A stretch of DNA of 63,057 nucleotides, filler included, from Licmophora abbreviata (lineage: Eukaryota): assembly GCA_900291995.1 (NCBI GenBank). It is 14 parts of 14 records of this genome, joined end to end, with 100 filler letters (N's around TTAATTAATTAA, not from the genome) between each part and the next. Parts side by side here need not be neighbours in the genome. Positions count along the whole stretch, not along the records: positions 23,504 to 37,020 come from OLMU01003620.1; 13 more parts are not named here. The stretch is one strand, 5' to 3'. The notes beneath the pieces were generated by a model. It made no database searches. It saw only the letters and a program-made list of their open reading frames with translations, and was not told the origin of the DNA. Shown in pieces: positions 23,835 to 35,709 of the stretch (its first letter is position 1; every line of letters starts with the position of its first letter). The translations under genes and the position numbers were made by a program.

Positions 23835-26579
23835 TCAACCGGCCGCGTAGAGCAGCATGTATGCATTCTTCTGGCTGCGAGGGTCGTTCAAGACCTTCTC
23901 CTCACAAGTAAGGTGCGTTCTACCGTCGTCACAGGAGATCCACTTCATTGTATCCACCTCTTCTTGCGACGAAGGCGACTGAGCGCGCAACGAGTCCGCC
24001 GTGTAGTGACCCGAGAACGCGTTGCTTCCAATGTGCTTGGCAACGCTAACAAGCCTGTACTGGGGACTTACAGGTAGCGTATTCTTGTCGTTATTGGCGA
24101 CCACAAAGTCGCCTAGAGATAAGTCCTGTTCAATCTTGACCGGCGCCTGGATTGACGAGTATATGGAGTGAGTGAAATGACGTACCGACGCAGAACTATA
24201 CCGTGGCTGCAAGCATCGTACCTTGTTCTTCCGGACTGTCATTTCTATGGCGGCCGCTTTCTTGCGGACAGGTCCCTCGTTCTCCTTGTTTTCATGCGTG
24301 GCGTCCTCTGTGTCGTCAGGCAATGCCCGTATCGTTGGCATCTCCACCACCTTGAAGCGTTTTAGGTGCAACAGCAGCACTTTCGGGCTGTGGAGCAGAG
24401 AAGACATCAATTCGTAGGGGTCAGTCAAAAGGCTCGTTCCTCCAGCGTAATACTACTAGCGATCAAGACGCAACGTACCACTCTAGAATACGCAGCGTTT
24501 GCGTAGCTGTCTTGCCTTCTTTGCACTTTTCACACTTCACTTCACGTTTCTCTGGACGAAAGAACTTTGTCAGCCCTTTCTCGATCGACCAACGCGTCGG
24601 TTTGTCGGCCCCTTCCGAAGCCAATACTTCCTCGTCGCCCATGTCCAGGGAAAGATGACGATACATTTCCTTCATGGTTCTGGAAAACGTACGAGTTTGG
24701 AAAGTGTAAGACGGCAGGCTAAGCATCATCGACCTGCACCTCAGTGAGTCCAACGTACGAACCTCGAGTAGCCACAGGAATCGCACTCCAAACAAACCTC
24801 GACGTCAAGTCGAAAGAAGTCAGTCGGGAGATACTTTGTACTCTTTCCTGAATCCTTGGTCTCTGTCTCCTTCGAGCTTTGGAAGCTCTCATTCTCATTG
24901 GGGTGATTCTCCTTCGATCCGCCCTCCTCAGAGTCTCGAATCGCGCGTTCCTCTAGCTCATCATGCACCCGGTCGATCAAATCGCTCAAGAACTCATGGG
25001 CATCTCGCTGTTCGTATCCCAGAAATCTATCGGTCGCCTTGTCGACTGCCGATTTGAAGGCTCGAGGATCCGCCGCAATACCCTCGTTGATGCGATTCAG
25101 CTGGGCAAAGACCGACGATAAACTCGTGGTAAGAGCGCCGCCCTTGCTACTTGCTAGAGCAGAAACAAAGTTGGGCACACTCAGGAGCATCTGCAATGAG
25201 GCGTTGCAATAGCATGTGTTTCCAAGGTTTCGGAGACCGCGCCAAGGACATGCCGGAGGACTAAGAGGGATCGGTGGCTTCTTCTGAGTTTGCCACAGAC
25301 GGCGTTGTGGTGGTGGCGTGTGAGTTCGAAGGGGGGTACTGATCCGAAATGCCTTGGGGGAACGAGGCTCGTCCAGGGCGGCATCAGCAGTGGACGAGCT
25401 CTTGGCGCGGAATCGTGCAAGACTATCCTGCTGACTTCGACCCTTTCCCAGCGGAAAGAATCGGCGCCTTTGCTGAGACGTGGACATGGCCTCTTGGGGC
25501 TTTGCATGGCGTGAGGAGAGGACAAAAGGCGAGATCCTGTCTGACACGTCGGGGGAGTCAACATTCTCGTCTTCTTTTGGTTCATGATGAAAGGACGGAG
25601 ACGCAAGAGCTGTGCGACCCGACCTGGGTCGTCTCGATAGCCAGTCGCTGTTCTGGGATCGATTCATCGGGCTCCGCTGGGGAGTCGTCGGAACTTCGGG
25701 GGTCTTTGCCACCGATGGAGCCTTGTGAAGCTGGGGACTCTTGGCCGGATGAGATATCTTCGGTGCAAAGAAGTTTGTCATGAGATGTGACAGCGGCTTT
25801 TCTTCCTTGGTGGCGACCTCTGCGTCCAGGCTGTGTTGGATGGAGCTCATAACGCGTGGGGTAACAACGCGTTGATCCGGCGCCGGCGTCGTCAATCCTG
25901 GGTCTTCCACAACCGTATCGTCTTCACTAGAAGTATCGTCTTCAATCACGGCATTGCGACGTGTATTTTTCTTCTTTCGTCCGTTCGCTGCTGGCGCTTC
26001 GTACTCCACGGGCACATCCATGACATCGTCATCGTCGTAATTAATTGCACTCTTCCCCTTGACCTCCAAGCCTTTCTTTGTGACGGGACCTTCGTCATCT
26101 GACGAAAACCGATTGTACTCGGTCGCCATGTCAACATGGGAGCTGTAGGATGAGACCGGACGACTGCTAGTGGACCGGCCCCGCCTGCCGTAGGCCCCCC
26201 GCTGCCGGGGCTTTCGCGGCGGAGGTGGTTTTCCGTTCGAAGCTGTCGATCGCGCAGCGACAGCTGACTCATCCGTCGTTCTGATTTCCAGCTCCTTGCG
26301 CCAACGTTTTTGAACAAATTCAGAAAAGGAACGCCAATTCGATCGTTGCAATGGACCTTGACATGCAATCATATGCGAGCTGGTCTGGATCGTCATCATG
26401 GAATCTCGGGTAAACTCGACGCGTTCGACCTGTTTCCAGCGCCAGACGAAATTCGCTCTGGGACCCAGATATATTTGTCTTCTGTCGACCTGCACTGGAT
26501 ATGAAAAGAAGGACTTGTCTTCTACTCCGCTTCGAACGGAGACTTCGTCAAAGGCGATGTGAGCATCCTTGGGAGGCAT
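23835..26579 (-). CDS. Ubiquitin-specific protease (peptidase C19), USP26/29/37-like architecture
   Basis: Exons 26579-24763, 24679-24479, 24387-24222, 24146-23835. Motifs GLRNLGNTCYCNASLQ, QRDAHEFL, CDSC/CEKC, LLHLKRF, HIGSNAFSGHYTAD, AYMLLY. Small N-terminal beta-rich domain followed by a long SP/TP-rich linker. Confidence 0.9.
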
Positions 26580-27502
26580 AGTAGAGGCGTGTAATCGGCA
26601 ATGGATGTTGGTCGCGCTTTTTCGAACGCGAAAATCACAGATCTCGTTCAAAGTACACAGTGGATCGTGTGGTGATCCCAATAGACACTCGATCAACACT
26701 GTCCTCCGAGGAAGATGACAGAAGCACCGGTCGTGGTGAAGACGAACGCAGGAAAGTGCGCATCATCGTGATCGAGGCTGAAACTTGAAACTCACAACCA
26801 GCATCTTGGATTCCGTTCGGAATCATCCGAAAAAGATGGCGCGCAATACCAAGATTCCGTCACCTGTCTGTCAACCGGAGGCGCGCAATTTTTCAACTAC
26901 TAAAGACAGATTTTAAATGATGACCTTATGGTGGGAGCTAATCGCCGCGAGTCCCCTACGTTTCTGCCGCAGATAAACTCGCCTCTTTTTGCACCAACAC
27001 CAATTCAAAAACTCCGTAGCGCCATGCCGACGTACGGACGATAACGGACTGTTTGACCGAAAGACACGATCTCTGTAATCTGTCCGTACGGAGCGGTATC
27101 CATCACTGCCGCGCGCGTCATTAACTATGGATCGGCACGCGCGATAGTGACGCACTTTACGGTGCTAAACTTTTCGAAGCATGTCATGCCTCATCAAACT
27201 CTCTTCTGCTCCATCCATTAGAAAAGCCATCAAAGACATCACATCACACAAAGACACAAGCCTTCTCCCACTTTCGTTGTATTTTCGCTCTTGCACGAGG
27301 GAATCGCCGAAAACTCTTGAAATCCAACAAGAAGACTTTCAAGAAGCAGTCGAACCAGAAAAGACCTCAGCCATACGCTCCACTGATCCAAGTTTGCCAG
27401 GTCCAAGTTTCCCGCCAATTTAGCTGCATATCAAGATTCATCGAGTCAATTACGGTTCAAGTGCATCACACATCTTTATTTTGCACATTGTGAAACATCA
27501 AG

Positions 27503-30500
27503 ATGCAGTTTCTCACAAACAAGGATCCTCACAATCGGGATGAAGATGTAATCAACGAACGATCAAGCTTGATCGCCGCCGTTCTCCCGCCCTCACCCGG
27601 CTCTACCAAGCGCCCATCCATGACCAACATCGACGCCGATGAGTACGGCACAGCAGTTCCGCTGAGCAACGAGAGGAACTCACGATCGGGAAAACATATC
27701 AAGAGCGATTCCGTAGGAAGCCTGGAGTTTCTTCTTTCTGAAGCCCAAGAGAGCCCAGTTCTACAGAAGCGACTCTCCGGAGGTCAGAAGCGATTCCAAT
27801 TCGCTCGCCGTGGTATCTTCGTGGGTGTGCTGCTCATCGTGATTGGTGCCCTGACCGCGTTCCGACATGCGCCAGTATCCTCTCCTGAGGAGCGTGATCC
27901 CACGAGGGATCCCTTCTCGACGTTGGACCCACGATGGGACTTGGGGTTGTACGACTTTCAACGCGGACTGGATTCGAGTCCCCCCTAAGAAGGTTCGCGA
28001 AGCAACCGGCGTCCACCAAGCCCTGCCCACCAATGCATGGTACGAGAACTTCTTGCTAGCAAGAGGAGAACCCGATGCTACTCATCGGGTGTACACCACC
28101 CCCTACGTTGTGGACGTGGTCGGACCGGTCCCTGGCCTACGACTCCATGCTATGCACATCGATGCAACGCAGAACGTCGTGCAGCTGTCGACGGTGGATT
28201 CGTATTCGATGACACTGGGAGCAGCGAGCGCCATGACGAGGCACGGCGGCGAGAAGAAGCAATTGTCGAAGGAGTACTCTATCGTCTCTACGACTCCTCT
28301 AGGAATCACTCTTGAATGGGTAAGTTGTGAAACTGAGACCTGACGTTTCTGTAAATCTGATTCCATTGAGCTCACACGCATCAATTCTGACCATCTTCTC
28401 TAACCAGGATGCATACCCTATGAGATCATCTATTGTTCGAGGCATGCCATATGCGACGATGCATTATCCAAGGTCCTCCCATGACAAAGAGGAATTGCTT
28501 ATGCTCCCTACCATCGCTTCGGAAGTTTCACTGTTAGGCGAACCGCTCGTTGACGGCAAACCCTCTGCCCTGTGTTCTGACAGCAACATGTCGCTGATGC
28601 CAGTTGAACGAGAGCTGCAACTCACGTTTGATCATAGCGATTTTACGTGGTTAGTCTTCTTTAGTGAGCCGGTGCACTTGTGGTGCACTCAGAATCCCGA
28701 AGGAGACGAAGCTGCAAAAGTCATCCTACAGGTGACGGATGCAGCGCGCATCCAGGAATCGTCGGGGATTCCGGCCCGCAACTTGGAAGCCTTGACGGTT
28801 CGAGTTGCACTTTTATCGAATTGCACTACTGGAGTGAATCCTATCCACTGTACGGGAGGGCAGAAGCCAGCTTCCTCAACAATGAATCACTATGGCGATA
28901 TTCTTCGTAAGTATGCCGACTTCTACCCTGGTCCGAACTCAGACGTTAGCTACTCCTTCGAGGACGGTAGTGACGAAGCCACTGTGAAATTTAACTGGGA
29001 TGTTCGCGAAGCATCGCGTCGCTTACGGGGCCATGAACCAAGTAACTCCCGGGTTCAATTGCGCCAAGCCGAGGAGAAGCAGCAAGGCGAAGACAAAGAT
29101 TCTCGAGAGCTCATCATGTTTGCATTGCCACATCACATGGATATTTTGTCGGGCGAGTCGGTGGCATTCAACGTTTGTACACCGTCTTTGATCGGACCAA
29201 CTTGCCTTGTATCGGGAAACGAATGGGTACTCGACGAAACGATGCCGGCAACAGATTTCCGTGCCCCTCGTCCTCCGAGGGCCGAAACTCTTACTTCATT
29301 GGTTGCTGCGTTGCACGATGATATCAAGTTTCGTTTACCAAATTACTATCGTCGTGGTGCAGGTGATACATACTTTTCGGGAAAGATGCTTGCGAAAGCG
29401 GGTAGGATTCTAATGATTGCTGACGAGCTTCAGGAATTGTGCGCTGGCCAATCATCCTACGACGAGCAGATAGACACGGACACTAGATTGGAATACACCT
29501 CAGCATGCAGCAATGTGGACCTCCCTAGCACGCGGGAGCTCAGCGACATGCTCTCAGCATTGCGCGACTCCGTCGAAGTCTGGATCAACGGCAAAGCTGA
29601 TGTCCCGTTCATTTACGATTCTGCATGGGGAGGAGTGCTCAGCTGTGGATGTAACTTTGATCCTAAGACCAGCCTTTGTCGAAATAGCTTCCCCGATTGC
29701 CCCGTTGCGTCTGACCCTGGATTAAACTTTGGCAACGGTACGTGAAACGTTGCCGACGAGGTATATGTTCATGCATTCGACGTATTTGAACTAACTCACT
29801 TCTACGTCCTGTTTTAGGTTTCTACAACGATCATCACTTTCACTATGGGTATCATATTTACGCCGCTGCTGTTGTTGCCCACTTCGATCCATCGTGGGGA
29901 CGGAAACATTTCGAGCAGGTTCTCCTGTTGATCCGAGACATTGCGAATCCCTCGCACGCCGACCTTCATTTCCCTGTCTTCCGTCACAAGGATTGGTTTC
30001 AAGGAAATTCATGGGCGAGTGGCGTTTCATTGCCAGCGTACTTGAATGGGCGAAACCAAGAATCATCCAGTGAGGCCATTGCATCGTACGAAGCTGTTGC
30101 TCTGTTTGGAAAAGTCATGGTGAGCATCAAAGCGTCTTTGTTTCATTCGGTTGCGATCTCGCACTTGTCATTCAAGCCTCTAAACTTTTCCTTGCTCTTA
30201 TCTTATAGGTTGGTGCCTGGAACGAAACTGATGACGAGGCTATGATGGAGACGTCGGCTCGGATCCGCGACATCGGAAAATTGCTGACTGCGACCGAGAT
30301 ACGAGCGGCAGATCGGTATTGGCATGTGAGACTTGACGACGCTGATAAGAAGATCTATCCTTCCATTTACAAGGAGAATGCCATTGGGATCATGTGGAAT
30401 ACAATGGCCCAATTTCAGACCTGGTTCGGCAACAACCCGTACCTGCCCTACGGAATTCAGCTTTTGCCGCTGACTCCCGTGGCGGAGAGTCGAGACGATC

Positions 30501-31438
30501 CACAGTGGCTACGGGAGATGTACGCGCCGTTCGCAGACGCCTGCGACGGTAGCGAGGGGTGCGTTGAACAAGGCTGGTCAGTGTTACAATTTGCGGTACT
30601 CGCTTCTGTTGGACACATCGATCTCGCAATGCAGCGGAGTCTCGCCATACCTCCCGAAGTGTTCGATTCCGCCGGAGGGAACGGACACTCTCTGACAAAC
30701 ACGCTGTGGTATGTCGCTACACGTCCAACTGCGGTTCCTCTTGAACTCCCGAAAGCGGAAGACTCGCCATCGACGGGAGGCACCATCAAACTGGTCGACT
30801 GTGGCGTGCCAACAACGTGCACGAATGAAGTCTTGGATGCGGAGGCCAATGGATACTCGTGTCGCGACCGGATCACCTACCTAATCCAATCGTTTGCAAA
30901 GTCAGAGTCGGAAGCCTGCTTCCAAGTGGGAGGAGATGAGTATCCTGAAGCATGCGGTGGGTGCAATCCGTGCGCTGGAGATGCAGGGTGTCCGTCGGCA
31001 AAGAACGACGTTCCGAATCAGTGCCCGCCATGCACCGAAAAGGAATGCAGCAGTGATTTGAATCGATGCCCTTTGTACGATAGGACTTTCGTCTGTAGTG
31101 GCGAATCGAGCACAGGCGGTTGTTCCCCTTTTCCATGGGAGCTCCATCCTGTGACTTGCTCAACGTGTTGCGAGTTGACAGATTGCCATGAGACCGTGAA
31201 CGGGGAGCAGTCAACAGAAATCGATGACACAGATGCCGACGAGGACGACGCAAGGTGCCCACCGTGCTCTGACGAAGTCTGTAACGGAAGACTGAATCTC
31301 TGCCCGGTGCATGAGGCTCCATTCCTTTGCATTAGTGGAGAGAACATAGGAGGATGCTCCCCGGAGCCATGGGACTTGGAAAACACGCAGTGCGCTGAAT
31401 GCTGCAGACTCCAACCGGGCTGCCGTCGGGGTACATAA
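27503..31438 (+). CDS. GH81 endo-1,3-beta-glucanase, type II membrane anchor, Cys-rich C-terminus (apparent 1-nt frameshift)
   Basis: Introns 28320-28407, 29738-29817, 30120-30208. Motifs LPTNAWYEN, VRGMPYAT, DTYFSGKMLAK, YNDHHFHYGY, NQESSSEA, YGIQLLP. The TM-bearing N-terminal ORF 27503-27988 joins the rest if the C6 run at 27980-27985 is C5. Confidence 0.92.
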
Positions 31439-31757
31439 ACGAATCATCACACGCGTGCTTTCCCGAACATTTCTCTAGAGCTGTGATTCTACAATAGATA
31501 TTCTCTCATCTTTGCTGTGCATACTGCCGTTACGGATTGCTATAGAGACAAGAGAGGGTTTGATGAGTCGAACGAGTCGAGGAGCGATGCATGAGATCGA
31601 GACGACGCGACGACGACGAGAGTGTCACAGAACACAGAGCGCCGCGTGGGTTGCAACCCATGGCATCAGCGATGGACCGAACATCGATTGACCGTGCCGC
31701 CCCTTCTCGCATTCTTGGAAGTCCGTTGAAGCTAGAAGACCACCAAACAATCGTAGA

Positions 31758-33014
31758 ATGACGCAAGAGGAGGTTGGGGATGACAATGGAAAACAACAGA
31801 GGACAGATGCATCCGGCATCTCCAAAAGAACAATCAGGCAGCGTATCGTTCGGCGTGGCGTATTTCGAAATAAGAATGGCGACTTCCCTGAGCCACCAAA
31901 TGTCCCTCCAAAGCCAAGGCGATGGTTGCTCGATCGCGCTAATGGTACATCTAAGTACGGGACAACGCGTCCGCCTCACCCGATCTGCTATGTGCCCTTT
32001 CCAGTAAAGTGGTATGTGTGCCGTGGTATATTCTAATTGTGACGAGTCTGATCGTGAAGCATCATCAGAGCGGCGCATTGGCGCTAACTTGCCCTCGTCG
32101 TTTCGTTGCTATGCAGGTGGCCAGATTTTCTCGAGCAGAATTGTCTGTGTGAACGCCTCGGTCGAATCGGAGCTGTGAAACCAGACAATGTGAAATTGAG
32201 GGTTCGGCTGTTGCGGCTTGGACTATCGGCAAACATCATCAGTTTCTGCCTCTCTCTTTTTGCATGCGTTGCAATATCAACAGACTTTGATGTTTTACGA
32301 GCGTCATCTTACTCGTTTGCAAGGGTGACGAGTGACGAGGTCGATCTACCAGACACATTCATCGACGTTGGGTTGAGAGCTGTTGCTTTGGAGAATGTAC
32401 CTCCCTTTGGAACGGATGATGTGATTAGCTACGATGCGTTCTGTAACTCGTTGGGGACGGGTCTATTTCTCTATCTGGACCCCGATCGCTGCGAGTGGTG
32501 CGAAGATGTCAGCTGGAGACTCATTTTCTCGCTCTCCCTGTCTCTATTGGGTTACATCCCGACACTGCTGACGGACGTGCTTCGTCAATACAAGAATTAT
32601 GACGTAAACTGCCAGAAGGTCTTTGCTGGCTTCTTTGCATTGATTTCGCTAGGCCTGGCTCTCCGCACGTGGCTAGTTTACGAGCGAGGCTGCTACGAGG
32701 GGTTCTACGCCGGTGACGTGTATTTCGAGTACAACGGGACGGATTTCGGCCCCCCCTCGGCCGTCGAGGAGGAATCAGACACGACGGTGCTCGTTCACTT
32801 CGATTGGAAGAAGGGTCCTGGACTTTTTGCCCTTCAGATTTCTGGTTTGTTGAAGATCGTAGATATTGTCGTGAACCTAGCAGTTCCTACGCCATCAATA
32901 ACGCGCGACCACGAAGAGCAAGAAACGTACGAGGAGTTGTATGGTGAGAGGGCTCACGACGACGACCATTCAGCAGAAGAGGCAATCCAGGCGGACCCTC
33001 AAGAGGACAACTAA
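31758..33014 (+). CDS. Hypothetical four-TM membrane protein
   Basis: Exons 31758-32011 and 32117-33014 (GT-AG intron, in frame). Four hydrophobic segments, Cys-containing first loop, acidic tail. Confidence 0.68.
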
Positions 33015-33159
33015 ATTTGTTTGACTGCATGCGACAGGAAAGGAGGGTATCTATACATATAAGATGGAACACTGCAATCACAGTAACGATTAACTGGGTT
33101 GGCTTTCTCTCGATTGGTTTTGTATTCCACCCAACATGCTCGTCGTCTGTCGTCTGTGC

Positions 33160-34708
33160 TTACAGCAAAAGTGTCGATGGATTTTCGACATGAGACTTGA
33201 ACGCACTGAGCCACTGAGCACCAACAGCTCCATCGACTACCCGGTGATCGCAGCTCAGAGTTGCAGTCAGCATGACACTCTCCTTGTACATCTCCTCGCT
33301 ATCTTCATCGTCGTTCGGAACGATTCGATTCTCCATGGTACCCAGTGCCAAAGCACACGCCTGAGGCTCTCGAATAATAGGTGCACACGACTTGATTCCA
33401 TACATGCCCAGATTCATGACCGTAAATGTCCCCATGGCAGAGAATTCTTCTCCCATGAGACTCGGGTCTTCCACCGCCGCCACAGCATTCGATAAGTCCT
33501 CCGCCAATCCCTTGACGCCCCGCGCACCGACATTGCGAATCACAGGCGTATACAGCGCATCGCCTGTACCCACCACGACATTCATATCGACCGAGTCGTA
33601 CACGCGCACCACGCTATCCATCCAGCTTGCATTGGCCGACGGCACAGCCTTCATGGCGGCGCCCGCTGCCTTGAGCATGAGCTCGTACACACCGAGCTGT
33701 GCGTCTTCTCCGAGCGATTCATTCAATAGAGCACGTGTTTTCAAAAGATCGTCCACGGCAATGTCCACAGTGAGGTAGTAATGAGGGACGTTCTTCTTGG
33801 ACTGAGCCAAGCGAGCGGCCGTTTCCTGTGCGGAGGCCGACAATGGATAGTCCGTGTATCCGGCACCTACCACCGGTGGAGCTGCGGTCATGGCCACCTG
33901 GGCGGGTGCAACGGCAGGAGCAGCAGCAGCCACCGCTGGTTCTGCAGCAGCAGCCGAGGGGACATACTCCTTGACATCGGCCGCAATGGTTCTTCCACCT
34001 GGACCCGTGCCTGGAATGGCAGAAATGTCATATCCAAGATCCTTGGCGAGCATATGTGCCAAGGGAGAGGCTATAACGTTACCACCCGACGCAGGGATGG
34101 CGACAGGCGTTGGCGTAGGTACTGGTGCCGACGGTGGTGGAGTAGGCGCAGCAGGCGGGGCCTCCGCTGCTGGAGGTGGCGACGAGGCTTCCACGACAAA
34201 ATCGGCAAAGGCAGCCACGTCTCCCACATCTTCGACCGTCACAAGAATCGGCTCTCCACACTGAATTTCGGAAGGACCGGCATCCGCCAAGATTTTAGCG
34301 ACGACTCCGTCGTCCTGGGCCTCAAAGTCCACCGTGGCCTTGTCCGTCTCGACACTGCACAGCACGTCGCCCGCCGAAAAGGTCTCGCCCTCCTTGAGAG
34401 CCCAGGCGGCAATCGTGCCGGACTCCATGGTCTGTTAAAGTGGTTCGAGAGGTACAGAAAGAGAATAAGTTTGATAAGCTCTGAACGAAAGACAAGAGGA
34501 CATCGTCATGGTAGCCGCACACATCCGCACAGAAGGAACCCACACATTCACGCACCGGTGAGAGACTGGGCATTCCGACGACTTCGTGATGCGGATATGA
34601 CGAGAACCATCGTGCTGTGAATACAGGTATCACTGGGCTGGCGCTGGGATGGAATAGAGGTCTCCGAGAGACGGCTCTTGCCGCGAAACGGGCAGCTGCC
34701 GATGCCAT
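33160..34708 (-). CDS. Mitochondrial pyruvate dehydrogenase E2-like protein (divergent dihydrolipoamide acetyltransferase)
   Basis: Exons 34708-34556 and 34431-33160. Mitochondrial presequence (...ARWFSS), lipoyl domain VETDKAT, PSBD ASPLA...GTGPGGR, PHYYLT, SCDHRVVDGA. TFTVMNLG replaces the usual TFTISNLG. Confidence 0.9.
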
Positions 34709-34954
34709 GGTTGAGAAGTGAAAATTGGGTGGCGGATCTTCCGATCCTTTCCGGGCAGTGGTGACGTAGGCGGTCTACGTAGGACTCAGTTCCATTTCCC
34801 GAAAAGATCGGTGCAGGACAGGGACATCTCCCAACTTGAAACTTTGAAACTCCCCCACAAAACACATCGCGTCTTGATGATGACCATGATGACACGTAAC
34901 AGCCGTTGTCTCAGCAGTCTAACGGAGCAGAGGAGCACTTCAAAACGACACAAG

Positions 34955-35560
34955 ATGAAGGTACCGAGAAGGACCCACATGATATGGTCTTTATGGACGA
35001 TCGTGACCCTTGTCATGTCGAAATCGACCCTTGGCTTTCATCCATCGCTGTCGATGCCATCATCATCATCTGTCGCTCAGCGTCCCCGCGTCAGTATCAC
35101 TAGGAACACTCCACGACCTCTCCTCGCCGCGAAAGCCACACCCGAAGAAGATTCGGCACAGCAGCTCACCAACTACATGGCCAAGGCGCACGAGGAAAAG
35201 ATTCGGGCGATTCAAGACGTAGAGTCCAAGTGTCAAGAACGCATTCGCGCACTGCAGAACCGGGTCGACCAGCTGGAAGGACGAGCGCCCTTGCCCAGTG
35301 GCGCCGATGGAAGGTCTTTTGACATGCCAGCCACCAACAAGCAGCTTGTGCGGAAGATAGAAGAGTATCGGGACTTTTTGTCTCACTATATTGTCGAATC
35401 ACAGGTGCAGAGGGTGAAGGCTGTGGCGGAGGCTGAACGGAAGGTGCGAGCTCACTATGAGGAAGTGATTGACGACTTGAAGCAGGAACCATTGTACATC
35501 GAACCAGAGATCGTGGAAAACCTTGAACCGGAGATCGTTGCAAAAAAGAGTTTCGAGTGA
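34955..35560 (+). CDS. Hypothetical coiled-coil protein, probably plastid-targeted
   Basis: Signal peptide ending TLG-F, Ser/Arg-rich transit peptide, two related helical units (NYMAKAHEEKIRAI; HYIVESQVQRVKAV). Confidence 0.7.
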   Translation: MKVPRRTHMIWSLWTIVTLVMSKSTLGFHPSLSMPSSSSVAQRPRVSITRNTPRPLLAAKATPEEDSAQQLTNYMAKAHEEKIRAIQDVESKCQERIRALQNRVDQLEGRAPLPSGADGRSFDMPATNKQLVRKIEEYRDFLSHYIVESQVQRVKAVAEAERKVRAHYEEVIDDLKQEPLYIEPEIVENLEPEIVAKKSFE

Positions 35561-35709
35561 AGACGGGCCTCTCTAGAGAATCGAGTCAACTTATCTCTAC
35601 TCCTGTAGGGAATTCCGGTACCGGTAGCAGTGAGGGACGACGGGTAGGACTACAGACTACAAAGCTAACAGAGTTTTATGGCTTGCGTTGCCCCTCGGCT
35701 CACACCCCT

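Noticed and set aside
33781..34620. Long antisense or alternative-frame ORFs (e.g. 33781-34620, 48201-49220, 14810-15484, 55198-55938, 57845-58504)
   Set aside because: Shadows of coding genes on the opposite strand; no motifs of their own.
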